Counted from the stretch's first letter, positions 1 through 8,433 are shown. The stretch is 58,393 nt of DNA from Alphaproteobacteria bacterium RIFCSPLOWO2_01_FULL_40_26 (GCA_001767955.1 MEMO01000031.1:50647-109039), one strand, 5' to 3'. A program made the numbers and translations. Notes: generated by a model from the sequence alone, not told the origin.

Positions 1-88
1 GGAGACAAACTCTAATTCAAAGTTTATCTCCCAAAAATCACCCGTCATCGCACTTCGTGCGATGCCACCCTCTTTTTCAAAGAGGGTT
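1..88. repeat. Multi-hairpin composite repeat (family D), inverted copy of the unit at 58134-58393
   Basis: The reverse complement of 1-86 reads ccctctttgaaaaagaggg-tggcatcgcacgaagtgcgatg-acgggtgattt..gggagataaactttgaattagagtttgtctcc. This is nearly identical to 58271-58356. It contains three short stem-loops. Confidence 0.8.
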
Positions 89-98
89 TTATTTTGAT

Positions 99-884
99 AT
101 GCTTTCAACTAACGAAATTCGTCAAACATTCCTCGATTATTTTGCTAAAAATGGACATGAGATTGTGCCATCCAGCACGCTAATTCCACACAATGATCCC
201 ACTTTGATGTTCACTAATGCCGGCATGAATCAGTTTAAAAATTATTTTACCGGCGTCGAAATTCCGAAATTTAAACGCGCTGCCACTTCGCAAAAATGCG
301 TGCGCGCTGGTGGCAAACATAATGATTTGGACAATGTTGGCTATACCGCGCGCCATCACACTTTTTTCGAGATGCTCGGAAATTTTTCCTTCGGCGATTA
401 TTTCAAGGAAGAAGCGATTTTTTATGCGTGGAATTTGCTAACGAAAGAATTTGGTATCGCGGAAGAAAAGCTGTTAGTGACGGTTTATCACAATGATGAT
501 GAAGCCGCAAATCACTGGAAAAAAATCGCTAATTTATCGGAAGAAAAAATCATTCGCATCACAACCGATGACAATTTTTGGTCGATGGGCGATGTCGGTC
601 CCTGCGGCCCCTGCTCCGAAATTTTTTACGATCACGGCGATAAAATTTTCGGCGGTCCTCCAGGCAGCAAAGATCAAGATGGTGATCGCTTCATCGAAAT
701 CTGGAATCTGGTTTTCATGCAATTTGAAAAACAAAAAGACGGCAAAATGATCCCGCTTCCAAAACCATGCATCGACACCGGCATGGGTCTTGAGCGCATC
801 GCTTCAGTTTTGCAAGGCGTACATGACAATTACGAAATCGATACGTTCAAAAACCTTATCACCGAAATCAAAAAAATTATCTAG
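99..884 (+). pseudogene. alaS: alaS 5' fragment (alanyl-tRNA synthetase catalytic core only, about 261 aa of an expected ~880)
   Basis: [70 protein letters not shown] is unmistakably the AlaRS N-terminus. The frame stops at TAG 882-884, inside a CTAG that is also the lysS stop. The tRNA-recognition, editing and C-Ala parts are absent. ATG at 99 is preferred over the GTG at 57, which lies in the repeat. Confidence 0.8.
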
Positions 885-2479
885 AGCCTGTCTTCCACCA
901 ACTTCACAAAATTTTCCACACCAAAAAGCGCAATAAATGAACCCATTCTTGGTCCTTGATCCTGGCCGAGCAGGATTTGATAAAGCGCCAAAAACCATTC
1001 ACGCATTTTTTGTTCATAGCCGTGATTGCGGCCAACTTCAAAAACGATTTTTTGTAATTCATCACTGTCGCACTTCGCACTTCGCGCAGCCTGCGCTGAA
1101 CTTGTTTCAGTGTGTTTCGGAAGTTTTTCACAAAGTTCAATAAGAGCTGATTTTTCATCTTCCGTCGCCTTGCGGAATTTTTTATTTTTCCTGATGAAAT
1201 CGTTGTAATATCTGATTGCACAATGAACCATCTTGGCAAGAAGCGGTGAATTTTCTGGCGTTAGACCTTGCTGATATTTGGAAATGAAGCCCCACAAAAC
1301 CGCGTCATTTTCAGGATTGCAGGCGCTGGCAAGATTGAGCAATAGCGAGTAATTCAAATTAAAATTAATTTCCGGCACATTGCTCTTATGGATGTGAAAG
1401 GCTGGATTATCCAGCTTCGCTGACATTTCCTGCGTTGCAAAACTTTGCGCAAAAGCAAGATATTCATCCATCATTTTTGGAATCACATCGAAATAAAGCC
1501 GCTTGGCGGTTTTTGGTTTTTGATACATGAACAGCGCCATGGATTCAGATGGGGCATACTTCAACCAATCTTCCACCGAAATGCCATTGCCTTTTGATTT
1601 GGAAATTTTTTCACCGCTTTCGGATAAAAACATTTCGTAAGTAAAGTTCACCGGAGGTGTGCCGCCCAAGATTTCGCAAACTCGGCGGTAGATTTTTTCA
1701 TTGGGCTGATGGTCTTTGCCATAAATTTCATAATCAACATCAAGGCTATACCAGCGCGCACCAAAATCGATTTTCCATTGCAATTTGCAATTGCCGCCAG
1801 TCACCGGAACTTCTTTTTCATGGCCATTGCCATCAACATAAATCACCGTTCCTTTTGTTTTGTCGATACATTTAACGCCTTTATCAATCACTATTCCCGA
1901 CTCGCGATCAATTGGCATAAAGGGTGAATAAGTTTCCTGACGTTCAGCGCCAAGCGTTGGTAACATTAGCTCCATGAGCTCTTCATATTTTTCCAAAACG
2001 CGTAGCATGGTTTTATCAAACGCACCATATTTGTATTTCTCCGTTGCAGAAATGAATTCATATTCAAAACCAAAACCATCCAGGAATGAACGCAGACGCG
2101 CATTCATGTGATGTCCATAAGACTCGTGCGTACCAAAAGGATCGGAAACAGAAGTGAGTGGTTTACCCAAATTTGCCCGCAGCAACTCTTGCTGTGGCAC
2201 ATTTTCCGGCACTTTGCGCAGACCATCGATATCGTCAGAAACGCAAAACATTTTTGTTGGAATTTCCGGCGCGATCAGCTGAAAAGCATGACGCACAAAT
2301 GAGGTTCGCACCACCTCACCAAAAGTTCCAATATGCGGCAAGCCAGACGGGCCATAGCCAGTTTCAAACAGCACAAAACCTTTTGCCGGAGTTTTTCCAG
2401 CAATTTTTTTGTAAATTCTTTGCGCCTCTTCGAAAGGCCACGCTTTTGATTCGAGATAATGTTTATGAGAAATTGTCAT
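881..2479 (-). CDS. lysS: Lysyl-tRNA synthetase, class I
   Basis: 532 aa. It has the HIGH-like [10 protein letters not shown] motif and KISKSKGNG (KMSKS), with a length and N-terminus (WPFEEA) typical of class I LysRS of alphaproteobacteria, spirochaetes and archaea. Confidence 0.9.
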   Translation of the reverse strand: MTISHKHYLESKAWPFEEAQRIYKKIAGKTPAKGFVLFETGYGPSGLPHIGTFGEVVRTSFVRHAFQLIAPEIPTKMFCVSDDIDGLRKVPENVPQQELLRANLGKPLTSVSDPFGTHESYGHHMNARLRSFLDGFGFEYEFISATEKYKYGAFDKTMLRVLEKYEELMELMLPTLGAERQETYSPFMPIDRESGIVIDKGVKCIDKTKGTVIYVDGNGHEKEVPVTGGNCKLQWKIDFGARWYSLDVDYEIYGKDHQPNEKIYRRVCEILGGTPPVNFTYEMFLSESGEKISKSKGNGISVEDWLKYAPSESMALFMYQKPKTAKRLYFDVIPKMMDEYLAFAQSFATQEMSAKLDNPAFHIHKSNVPEINFNLNYSLLLNLASACNPENDAVLWGFISKYQQGLTPENSPLLAKMVHCAIRYYNDFIRKNKKFRKATEDEKSALIELCEKLPKHTETSSAQAARSAKCDSDELQKIVFEVGRNHGYEQKMREWFLALYQILLGQDQGPRMGSFIALFGVENFVKLVEDRL

Positions 2480-2536
2480 TTTTGTTTTATTTTATTTTTA
2501 GTGATTATCCCTTCGAGCCAAGTAATCCTAGGAATG

Positions 2537-2600
2537 GACCCCGTCATGAAGACGGGGTGACAACTCACTCTCGATGTCACCCCGTCTTCATGACGGGGTC
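2537..2600. repeat. Paired TGYCAY-hairpin module (gaccccgtcatgaagacggggtgaca ... tgtcaccccgtcttcatgacggggtc)
   Basis: Two inverted copies of a 26-nt unit. Each unit is itself a 7-bp hairpin flanked by TGACA/TGTCA. It lies between the lysS start and the mtaB-like stop. Confidence 0.85.
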
Positions 2601-2604
2601 TATT

Positions 2605-4032
2605 TCACAAATTTTTACCACTTTTACTTCCTTGCCATCCCTGCGAAAGCGGGGATCCAATCATAAAATTTCCTTCAACTCCTAAAGCCTTGATTTTCAA
2701 GATGTCGCCGGATTTTAAATTTTTAATTTCTCCGGAAATTTTCACATCCAGGAAATTTTCTGCCTTGCCGATTCCATCTTTTTCCACAAGCACTTTGAAA
2801 GTTTTTTCGACCTGTTTTTTAAGAAATTTTTGTAATTCCGCCTGCCCTGCTTCACGCAATATCCGCGCACGTTCTTTGACTATTTTACCATTAATTTGTG
2901 GCATTTTTGCGGCTGGTGTTCCATCGCGTTTTGAGTAAGGAAAAATATGGGTAAAAATTATTCCGGCTTGCTTGATTAGCTTCACAGAATTTTCAAACAT
3001 TTCATCAGTTTCAGTGGGAAATCCGGCGATGATATCAGCGCCGAAAGTCATATCTGACCTGATTTGGCGAGCTTTCTTGCAAAACTCCAAAACTTGCACG
3101 CAATTATGCCTGCGCTTCATTCTTTTTAAAATTATATCATCACCCGATTGCACACTCAAATGCAGATATGGCATGAAGCGCGGTTCGTTTTTGAGAATAT
3201 CAAAAAATTCTTCGTCAATTTCTGCAACATCGATTGAGGAAAGACGCAGGCGCGGCAGTTCTGGCACAAGTTTTAGCAGGCGTTTGATCATTTGCGACAG
3301 CGTGATTTTTATTGCCAAATCTTCGCCATAACTCGAAATGTCAACTCCAGTTAAAACAATTTCATGATGCCCAGCTGCAACCATTTTTTTTGCTTGCAAA
3401 ACAATCTCACCAAAGCTTACCGAACGACTATTTCCGCGGCCAAACGGGATCACACAAAAAGTGCAGCGATGATTGCAACCATTTTGAATTTCAAGAAAAG
3501 CGCGGGTTTTATTTTCAAAATAAGAGATGAGTTGCGGCGCAGTATCACTGACTGACATTATGTCATTAACCTTGATTTTGGCGGTTTCAAATTCATTTAG
3601 AAAAATTTGCGAGGATTTTTTTGCTTCAGAAAAAATGCGGTCTTTATGAACAATTTCATTGTTAGTGGTAGGTAAGTAGTAAGTGGTAAGGTTGTTGCTC
3701 TTACCACTTACCACTGACCACTTATCACTAAAATCATAACTCTCTGCTCTCGTCTTCTCAACATTGCCAACTACCAAATCCACCTCTTCCATCTTCGCAT
3801 ATTTCTGCGGATCGATTTGGGCAGCGCAACCTGTTATCACAATTTTTGCTTCAGGATTATTTTTTCGTGCTTTGCGTACAGCTTGGCACAACTGACGCTC
3901 AGCTTCAGAAGTAACGGCACAAGAATTGAAAATGATAAGATTTTTCTGAGCGGTTTTTTTTAGAACTTCTTTTATGCCTTCAGATTCATAGGCATTTAAG
4001 CGACATCCAAATGTGATTACCTGATTAGACAC
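2605..4032 (-). CDS. mtaB: Radical-SAM methylthiotransferase, MtaB-like (MiaB/RimO family)
   Basis: 475 aa. N-terminal MTTase motif ITFGCRLNAYESE, radical SAM box GCNHRCTFCVIP and a C-terminal TRAM-like region. GTG start. It contains an in-frame hairpin repeat, and its last ~17 codons are repeat-derived. Confidence 0.8.
   Translation of the reverse strand: MSNQVITFGCRLNAYESEGIKEVLKKTAQKNLIIFNSCAVTSEAERQLCQAVRKARKNNPEAKIVITGCAAQIDPQKYAKMEEVDLVVGNVEKTRAESYDFSDKWSVVSGKSNNLTTYYLPTTNNEIVHKDRIFSEAKKSSQIFLNEFETAKIKVNDIMSVSDTAPQLISYFENKTRAFLEIQNGCNHRCTFCVIPFGRGNSRSVSFGEIVLQAKKMVAAGHHEIVLTGVDISSYGEDLAIKITLSQMIKRLLKLVPELPRLRLSSIDVAEIDEEFFDILKNEPRFMPYLHLSVQSGDDIILKRMKRRHNCVQVLEFCKKARQIRSDMTFGADIIAGFPTETDEMFENSVKLIKQAGIIFTHIFPYSKRDGTPAAKMPQINGKIVKERARILREAGQAELQKFLKKQVEKTFKVLVEKDGIGKAENFLDVKISGEIKNLKSGDILKIKALGVEGNFMIGSPLSQGWQGSKSGKNL
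2633..2658. repeat. Single TGYCAY-hairpin unit (tgccatccctgcgaaagcggggatcc) inside the 3' end of the mtaB-like ORF
   Basis: Stem atcccc/ggggat-type with a GAAA loop. It has the same architecture as the units at 2575-2600, 42019-42044 and 55081-55106, and it encodes the tail ..GSPLSQGWQGS. Confidence 0.7.
3661..3730. repeat. Heptad hairpin, GGTAAGT type, in frame within the mtaB-like gene
   Basis: Left arm gttagtggtaggtaagtagtaagtggtaagg, loop ttgttgct, right arm cttaccacttaccactgaccacttatcactaa. It is translated on the minus strand as DKWSVVSGKSNNLTTYYLPTTN, between the MTTase and radical-SAM domains. Confidence 0.85.
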
Positions 4033-4185
4033 TGTTAGCTAATTATTTTTTTCGGGATTTTTCGTTAATTTTTAGCGACTTTTTTGAAGAATTTCGCCGC
4101 TGTATTAAACATACTGCAAGAAATTCTTCAAAAAAATGAGCAAAAATTTGCGGAAAAGCGCGGAAAAAATAATTAGCTAACAGTG
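4030..4185. repeat. Family A palindromic element (~156 bp), copy A1
   Basis: Outer inverted repeat cactgttagctaattatttttt / aaaaaataattagctaacagtg, inner inverted repeat gaagaatttc / gaaattcttc, apex gccgctgtattaaacatactgc. It fills the gap between the BON-gene stop (4187) and the mtaB-like start (4032). Confidence 0.9.
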
Positions 4186-4186
4186 T

Positions 4187-4819
4187 CTACCCGTGGCGGC
4201 GTCTGCTGTCATCTTCTAAAATCACATGGTTAACAACTTGATCGACACCGCGAATCCTTGATACGATTGATAAAACGCGACGCATCTCAAATTCATTATC
4301 GGCAACTCCAAGCAGATAAACTGTGCCATTCACTGTTGTTACCTGATAGTTGATCGAGGTAATATCGCGGGCAAAAAGTAATTTGGTTTCGACCTGCGCA
4401 GTGATTATGTAATCAAGAAAAACCGCAGAAAAATCATTGCGGCCTCCGGTATTATTTTTTGTGTTATTTTTGTCCTGATTTTCATTGGAGCGTGAATGGA
4501 TTTCGTTAATAACTTCCTTTACGCCATCAACCTTCCAGACTAATTCCTGCGCCAGAACTGACTTGCTTTCATCACGCACATTTCCGGTTAAAAGCACTCT
4601 GCCCTCATTCACTGTGATATCAACACAATTGCCGGGATTTTTCAGGCCATTGGCGATAAATTTTGTGCCAAGCTTGGTTGAAATCGCTATGTCTTTGCCA
4701 GTATCACTTAAACTTTTTTCACGCACTACAAGACCGGCTCCGGCAACTGACCCAACCACAATCGTTTCAACGCAGGAAGTTAACAAAAAAACCAAAGAAA
4801 AAATTACAAAAATTCTCAT
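4187..4819 (-). CDS. BON-domain (OsmY-like) lipoprotein
   Basis: 210 aa. Lipobox LLTSC, and two BON-like segments (ITVNEGRVLLTGNVRDE.. and VTTVNGTVYLLGVADNE..). Confidence 0.7.
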   Translation of the reverse strand: MRIFVIFSLVFLLTSCVETIVVGSVAGAGLVVREKSLSDTGKDIAISTKLGTKFIANGLKNPGNCVDITVNEGRVLLTGNVRDESKSVLAQELVWKVDGVKEVINEIHSRSNENQDKNNTKNNTGGRNDFSAVFLDYIITAQVETKLLFARDITSINYQVTTVNGTVYLLGVADNEFEMRRVLSIVSRIRGVDQVVNHVILEDDSRRRHG

Positions 4820-4922
4820 AGAAAGCCTGAAAATAAAGGATTGCGAAGTGATTGTGAAAGGTAATTTTTTGACTTCAACATTGCAAATTATTTTTCGTCT
4901 ACATAAGTTGCGCCGCTCTTTA

Positions 4923-4997
4923 GCGGGTGTAGCTCAGTGGTAGAGTGTCACCTTGCCAAGGTGAATGTCGAGGGTTCGAGTCCCTTCGCCCGCTCCA
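4923..4997 (+). tRNA. tRNA-Gly (anticodon GCC), CCA encoded
   Basis: gcgggtgtagctcagtggtagagtgtcaccttgccaaggtgaatgtcgagggttcgagtcccttcgcccgctcca. It has a cloverleaf with anticodon loop cuuGCCaa, a GGTTCGAGTCC T-arm and a 7-bp acceptor stem with one G-U. It is close to E. coli tRNA-Gly(GCC). Confidence 0.95.
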
Positions 4998-5026
4998 TGT
5001 TCCGCGTTAAATTTGCTTCGCAAATT

Positions 5027-5257
5027 TTATTTTTGACCTTCTGTCGAAGTCGAATAGTAAAACTCCTCTCCGGCTTTTATTTCTTCTCTTCCGTTTTTTA
5101 CTCTCCAGCTGTTGCTATCACGAAGTGAAAAGATACAGCCGCAATATTCCTGTTTGTAAAATTCTTCGCGTTTGGCAATTTCATACATGCGATTTGCGCC
5201 GCCATATTTGCGCCAATTGTAAGTCCCGTAAAGGGGATTCAGGAAATTTTCAGAACA
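5027..5257 (-). pseudogene. queH: queH (epoxyqueuosine reductase, DUF208) 3' remnant
   Basis: The minus-strand frame reads ..[38 protein letters not shown]. This matches the conserved C-terminal K.GG...........Y.Q.YCGC.fS of QueH. An upstream in-frame stop lies at 5261-5263 and the N-terminal ~2/3 is absent. Confidence 0.6.
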
Positions 5258-5259
5258 GT

Positions 5260-5370
5260 TTCAAGGTTTATGGACGGGAGAAGAAAAATTGTTTGCATTG
5301 TAAAAATACGATTAAAAGAATCGTACAAAATGGCCGTTCAAGCTTTTATTGCGAGCAATGTCAAAAATAA
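5260..5370 (+). pseudogene. mutM: mutM/fpg 3' remnant (zinc-finger tail only)
   Basis: [36 protein letters not shown] matches the Fpg C-terminal zinc finger (..VYGR.G..C..C...I......R..FYC..CQK). No glycosylase or H2TH domain lies upstream. Confidence 0.75.
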
Positions 5371-5768
5371 TTTCAGCATCAATTGTAATTCTTCTACTTT
5401 CTTCCTGTGTAAATTTTTTAGCGCAAAAAAATTTCATCCGGCCAGCTGAAATAGAAGTATCGCAAGATTTTGTTCAAGGCAGTGAAGACATACCATTGCT
5501 AATTGGAATGGAAAAAATTTCAGAGGAAAGTCTTGGTTTTGATTCCGCTTCCGGCAGTATAATTTCGTCAAGCTATACAACAAATCTGACAGAAAAACAG
5601 ATCAGAAATTTTTACCTCAAAACCTTGCCACAAATGGGTTGGGATATTGTTAAAAACGTTGAAAAAGGATCAAGTTTTAAAAGAGAAAATGAAAATCTTG
5701 AAATTGAATTCCTTCAGGAAAATAACAAACTGATAATCAGGTTTTTTATCTCATCAACATCAAATTAG
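5358..5768 (+). CDS. Hypothetical lipoprotein
   Basis: [17 protein letters not shown] has a lipobox. 136 aa with no recognised domain. The start is uncertain (TTG at 5349 or ATG at 5358). Confidence 0.5.
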   Translation: MSKIISASIVILLLSSCVNFLAQKNFIRPAEIEVSQDFVQGSEDIPLLIGMEKISEESLGFDSASGSIISSSYTTNLTEKQIRNFYLKTLPQMGWDIVKNVEKGSSFKRENENLEIEFLQENNKLIIRFFISSTSN

Positions 5769-6923
5769 CCGCATATTTCCATAATCCACATCGCGGTGAT
5801 ATTTTCTTTTCGTAAAAGCCAAAATCAGTCCAAAACAAACCGCCATCGCAATCATTGACGAACCGCCATAGCTGATAAAAGGCAAGGTCATCCCTTTAGT
5901 TGGAAGCAAGCGTAAACTAACGCCAACATTGATGATTGTTTGCACGATAAATTGCAGCATCAAACCGCAAAGCGAAAGATAGACAAACATATCTTCCTCC
6001 TCAAGCGCACGCCGGACAATTCTGGTGATCAGATAGGCAAAAATGATCAGAATCACGGCACAGGAAAAAATGCCATATTCCTCACCAATCACGGCAAAAA
6101 TAAAATCGGTATGGGCATCGGGAATAAATTTTTTCACCACACCATTTCCCGGGCCTTCACCAAAAAACGAGCCATTAACAAAAGCATCGAGAGATCTTTC
6201 AACCTGATAATTTTTTTCGCCGGAATCAAGAAAGCGGTTGATACGATCTTCGACATGAGGAAAAGCAAGATAAGCACTAACGCCTCCGACAACCACAAAA
6301 AACACCATCACCAAAATAAATGGCAAAGGCAATCCGTAGACAAAAAGTTGTGAAGCCCACAAAACCGCAAAAATCAGAGTCATGCCAAAATCCGGCTGCA
6401 ACAAAAGCAAAGAAGCAATGATAAAAAAAAGCGCGGCGGAAACTGAATATTTGATATACCAATCATGCTTGTGCAACTTGTGCAAAATGAAGGCATTGAA
6501 AACTATGAAGAATATTTTGGCAAACTCAGAAGGCTGTAGAGTGAAACCGGCAACAGAAATCCATCTTTTTGCGCCTTTGGTTTCTGAACCAAAAAACAAA
6601 ACCGCAACCAAAAGCACAATGGATCCTGTTAGACAAACCAGCGACAAAATTTTGATTTTTTCGTAATCGAGAAATGAAATCGCAATCAACAAAACCACGG
6701 CAATCATGGCAAAAACCGCCTGCTTTTTGAAAAAAAACAACTTCTCAACATTAATCTTTTTGGCAATCGCCGGACTAGCGCTAACCGTCATCATCAGCCC
6801 GAAAATGATGATGCCAAGCAGAATGAAGAAGATGATCTTATCAATATCAAGCCACCATTTTTTAAGAGGGTTTAGATAGCGGCGATCAAAGACAATATTG
6901 GATTTTACGCCCCAGCCATTCAT
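5760..6923 (-). CDS. ftsW: SEDS-family peptidoglycan glycosyltransferase, FtsW-like
   Basis: 387 aa polytopic membrane protein. It has ..MTVSASPAIAKK.. and a C-terminal LLPTKGMTLPFISYGGSS motif typical of FtsW/RodA. FtsW versus RodA is not certain. Confidence 0.75.
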   Translation of the reverse strand: MNGWGVKSNIVFDRRYLNPLKKWWLDIDKIIFFILLGIIIFGLMMTVSASPAIAKKINVEKLFFFKKQAVFAMIAVVLLIAISFLDYEKIKILSLVCLTGSIVLLVAVLFFGSETKGAKRWISVAGFTLQPSEFAKIFFIVFNAFILHKLHKHDWYIKYSVSAALFFIIASLLLLQPDFGMTLIFAVLWASQLFVYGLPLPFILVMVFFVVVGGVSAYLAFPHVEDRINRFLDSGEKNYQVERSLDAFVNGSFFGEGPGNGVVKKFIPDAHTDFIFAVIGEEYGIFSCAVILIIFAYLITRIVRRALEEEDMFVYLSLCGLMLQFIVQTIINVGVSLRLLPTKGMTLPFISYGGSSMIAMAVCFGLILAFTKRKYHRDVDYGNMRLI

Positions 6924-6925
6924 TA

Positions 6926-7005
6926 TAGATTTAAGATTTAAGATTTGGGATTTAGTATTTTTTTCAGCTCATAAATCCTAAATCCTAAATCCTAAATCCT
7001 AAATA
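6926..7005. repeat. Heptad hairpin, TAGGATT/TAAGATT type, filling the ftsW<>argH divergent intergenic region
   Basis: Left arm tagatttaagatttaagatttgggatttag, right arm ataaatcctaaatcctaaatcctaaatcctaaata. The intergenic region is 6924-7012. Confidence 0.9.
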
Positions 7006-7012
7006 ACTTTTC

Positions 7013-8407
7013 ATGTCAAAACAGTCAGTAAGCAAAATATGGGGTGGAAGATTTGATGCCGAACCTTCATCGCTGATGCAGGAAATCAATCAATCAATCA
7101 GTTTTGATTATAAGCTTTACAAGCAGGATATTCGTGGCTCAAAAGCACATGCTAAAATGCTGGAAAAAGTTGGGATTTTAAGCGCAAGTGAAGCAAAAAA
7201 AATTTGTGATGGCTTGAATAAAATCGAAAAGGAAATTGTGGCAGAAAAGTTCAATTTCAAAATCGAGCTTGAAGATATTCACATGAACATCGAATCACGC
7301 CTAAAGGAAATTATCGGTGATACAGCCGACAAGCTGCACACAGCGCGGTCGCGCAATGACCAAGTTGCGCTCGATTTGCGTCTTTTTGTGCGCGATGAAG
7401 TTGACGAAATTTTAAAATTATTAAAAGATCTGCAAAAAACTTTGGTGAAAAAGGCCGAAGAAAATCTCGATGTCATCATGCCCGGATTCACGCATTTGCA
7501 GGTGGCACAACCAGTTTTATTTTCGCATCATCTGCTGGCCTATTTTGAAATGTTCAAACGCGATATTTCACGACTTTACGATTTAAGAAAAAGAATGAAT
7601 GAATGTCCGCTCGGCGCTTGCGCACTGGCTGGAACTTCATTTCCAATTGATCGCAAAATGACAGCAAAAGAACTTGGTTTCGATGCGCCAACCGCCAATT
7701 CCATGGATTCAGTTTCAAACCGCGATTTCGCCATCGAATTTCTTTTTTGCCTGTCATTGATTGCGCTAAATCTTTCGCGCTTTGCTGAAGAAATTGTGAT
7801 GTGGATGAGCAAAGGATTTAAATTTATCACCTTGTCCGACGCCTTTACTTCCGGCTCTTCAATCATGCCACAGAAAAAAAATCCCGATGCCGCTGAATTG
7901 GTGCGCGGAAAATCGGGAAGAATTTTTGGCGCATTATTTGCATTGCAAACCACAATCAAATCGCTTCCTCTCACCTATTCAAAAGACATGCAGGAAGATA
8001 AAGAACCGATTTTTGACGCAACAGAAAATTCCAAACTTTGCCTACGCACAATGGCGGGGATGATTGCCGATATGAAGGTGAACAAAAAACAAATGCTGGA
8101 AATGGCCGGCACTGATTATTCCTGCGCCACTGATCTGGCTGATTGGTTGGTTAAAAATCTGAAAATTCCTTTTCGTAAAGCACATCACATCACCGGATCA
8201 ATCGTGAAAATGGCTGAAAATAAAGAATTGGAACTTCATGAATTAAAACTGACTGATCTGCAAAAAATCGAGAAAAAAATCTCGAAAAAAATTTTTGACG
8301 CTCTTTTAGTTGAAAATTCTATCAATAGCAGAACCTCATTTGGCGGCACCGCGCAACATCAGGTAAAATTACAAATCACAGCAGCAAAGGAATTTTTACA
8401 AAGATGA
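7013..8407 (+). CDS. argH: Argininosuccinate lyase
   Basis: 464 aa. WGGRFDAEPS.., fumarate-lyase signature GSSIMPQKKNPD. Confidence 0.95.
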   Translation: MSKQSVSKIWGGRFDAEPSSLMQEINQSISFDYKLYKQDIRGSKAHAKMLEKVGILSASEAKKICDGLNKIEKEIVAEKFNFKIELEDIHMNIESRLKEIIGDTADKLHTARSRNDQVALDLRLFVRDEVDEILKLLKDLQKTLVKKAEENLDVIMPGFTHLQVAQPVLFSHHLLAYFEMFKRDISRLYDLRKRMNECPLGACALAGTSFPIDRKMTAKELGFDAPTANSMDSVSNRDFAIEFLFCLSLIALNLSRFAEEIVMWMSKGFKFITLSDAFTSGSSIMPQKKNPDAAELVRGKSGRIFGALFALQTTIKSLPLTYSKDMQEDKEPIFDATENSKLCLRTMAGMIADMKVNKKQMLEMAGTDYSCATDLADWLVKNLKIPFRKAHHITGSIVKMAENKELELHELKLTDLQKIEKKISKKIFDALLVENSINSRTSFGGTAQHQVKLQITAAKEFLQR

Positions 8408-8433
8408 AAAAAGGCCATGTCGCAAATCAACTT

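Noticed and set aside
904-1239. Many antisense or out-of-frame track ORFs of 60-195 aa lie inside real genes. Examples are 904-1239, 2158-2685, 9055-9531, 12005-12445, 14676-15263, 24867-25298, 50610-51158 and 55559-55960.
   Set aside because: Each lies wholly within, and opposite to or out of frame with, a longer ORF that has clear family motifs. Their sequences are low-complexity and lack any recognisable motif. I treat them as shadow ORFs.
6926-7005. Whether the tandem short repeats (heptad arrays here, and at 50086, 56771 and 47594) could be a CRISPR array.
   Set aside because: The units are 7 nt with no spacers and form simple inverted arms. There are no cas genes in the window.
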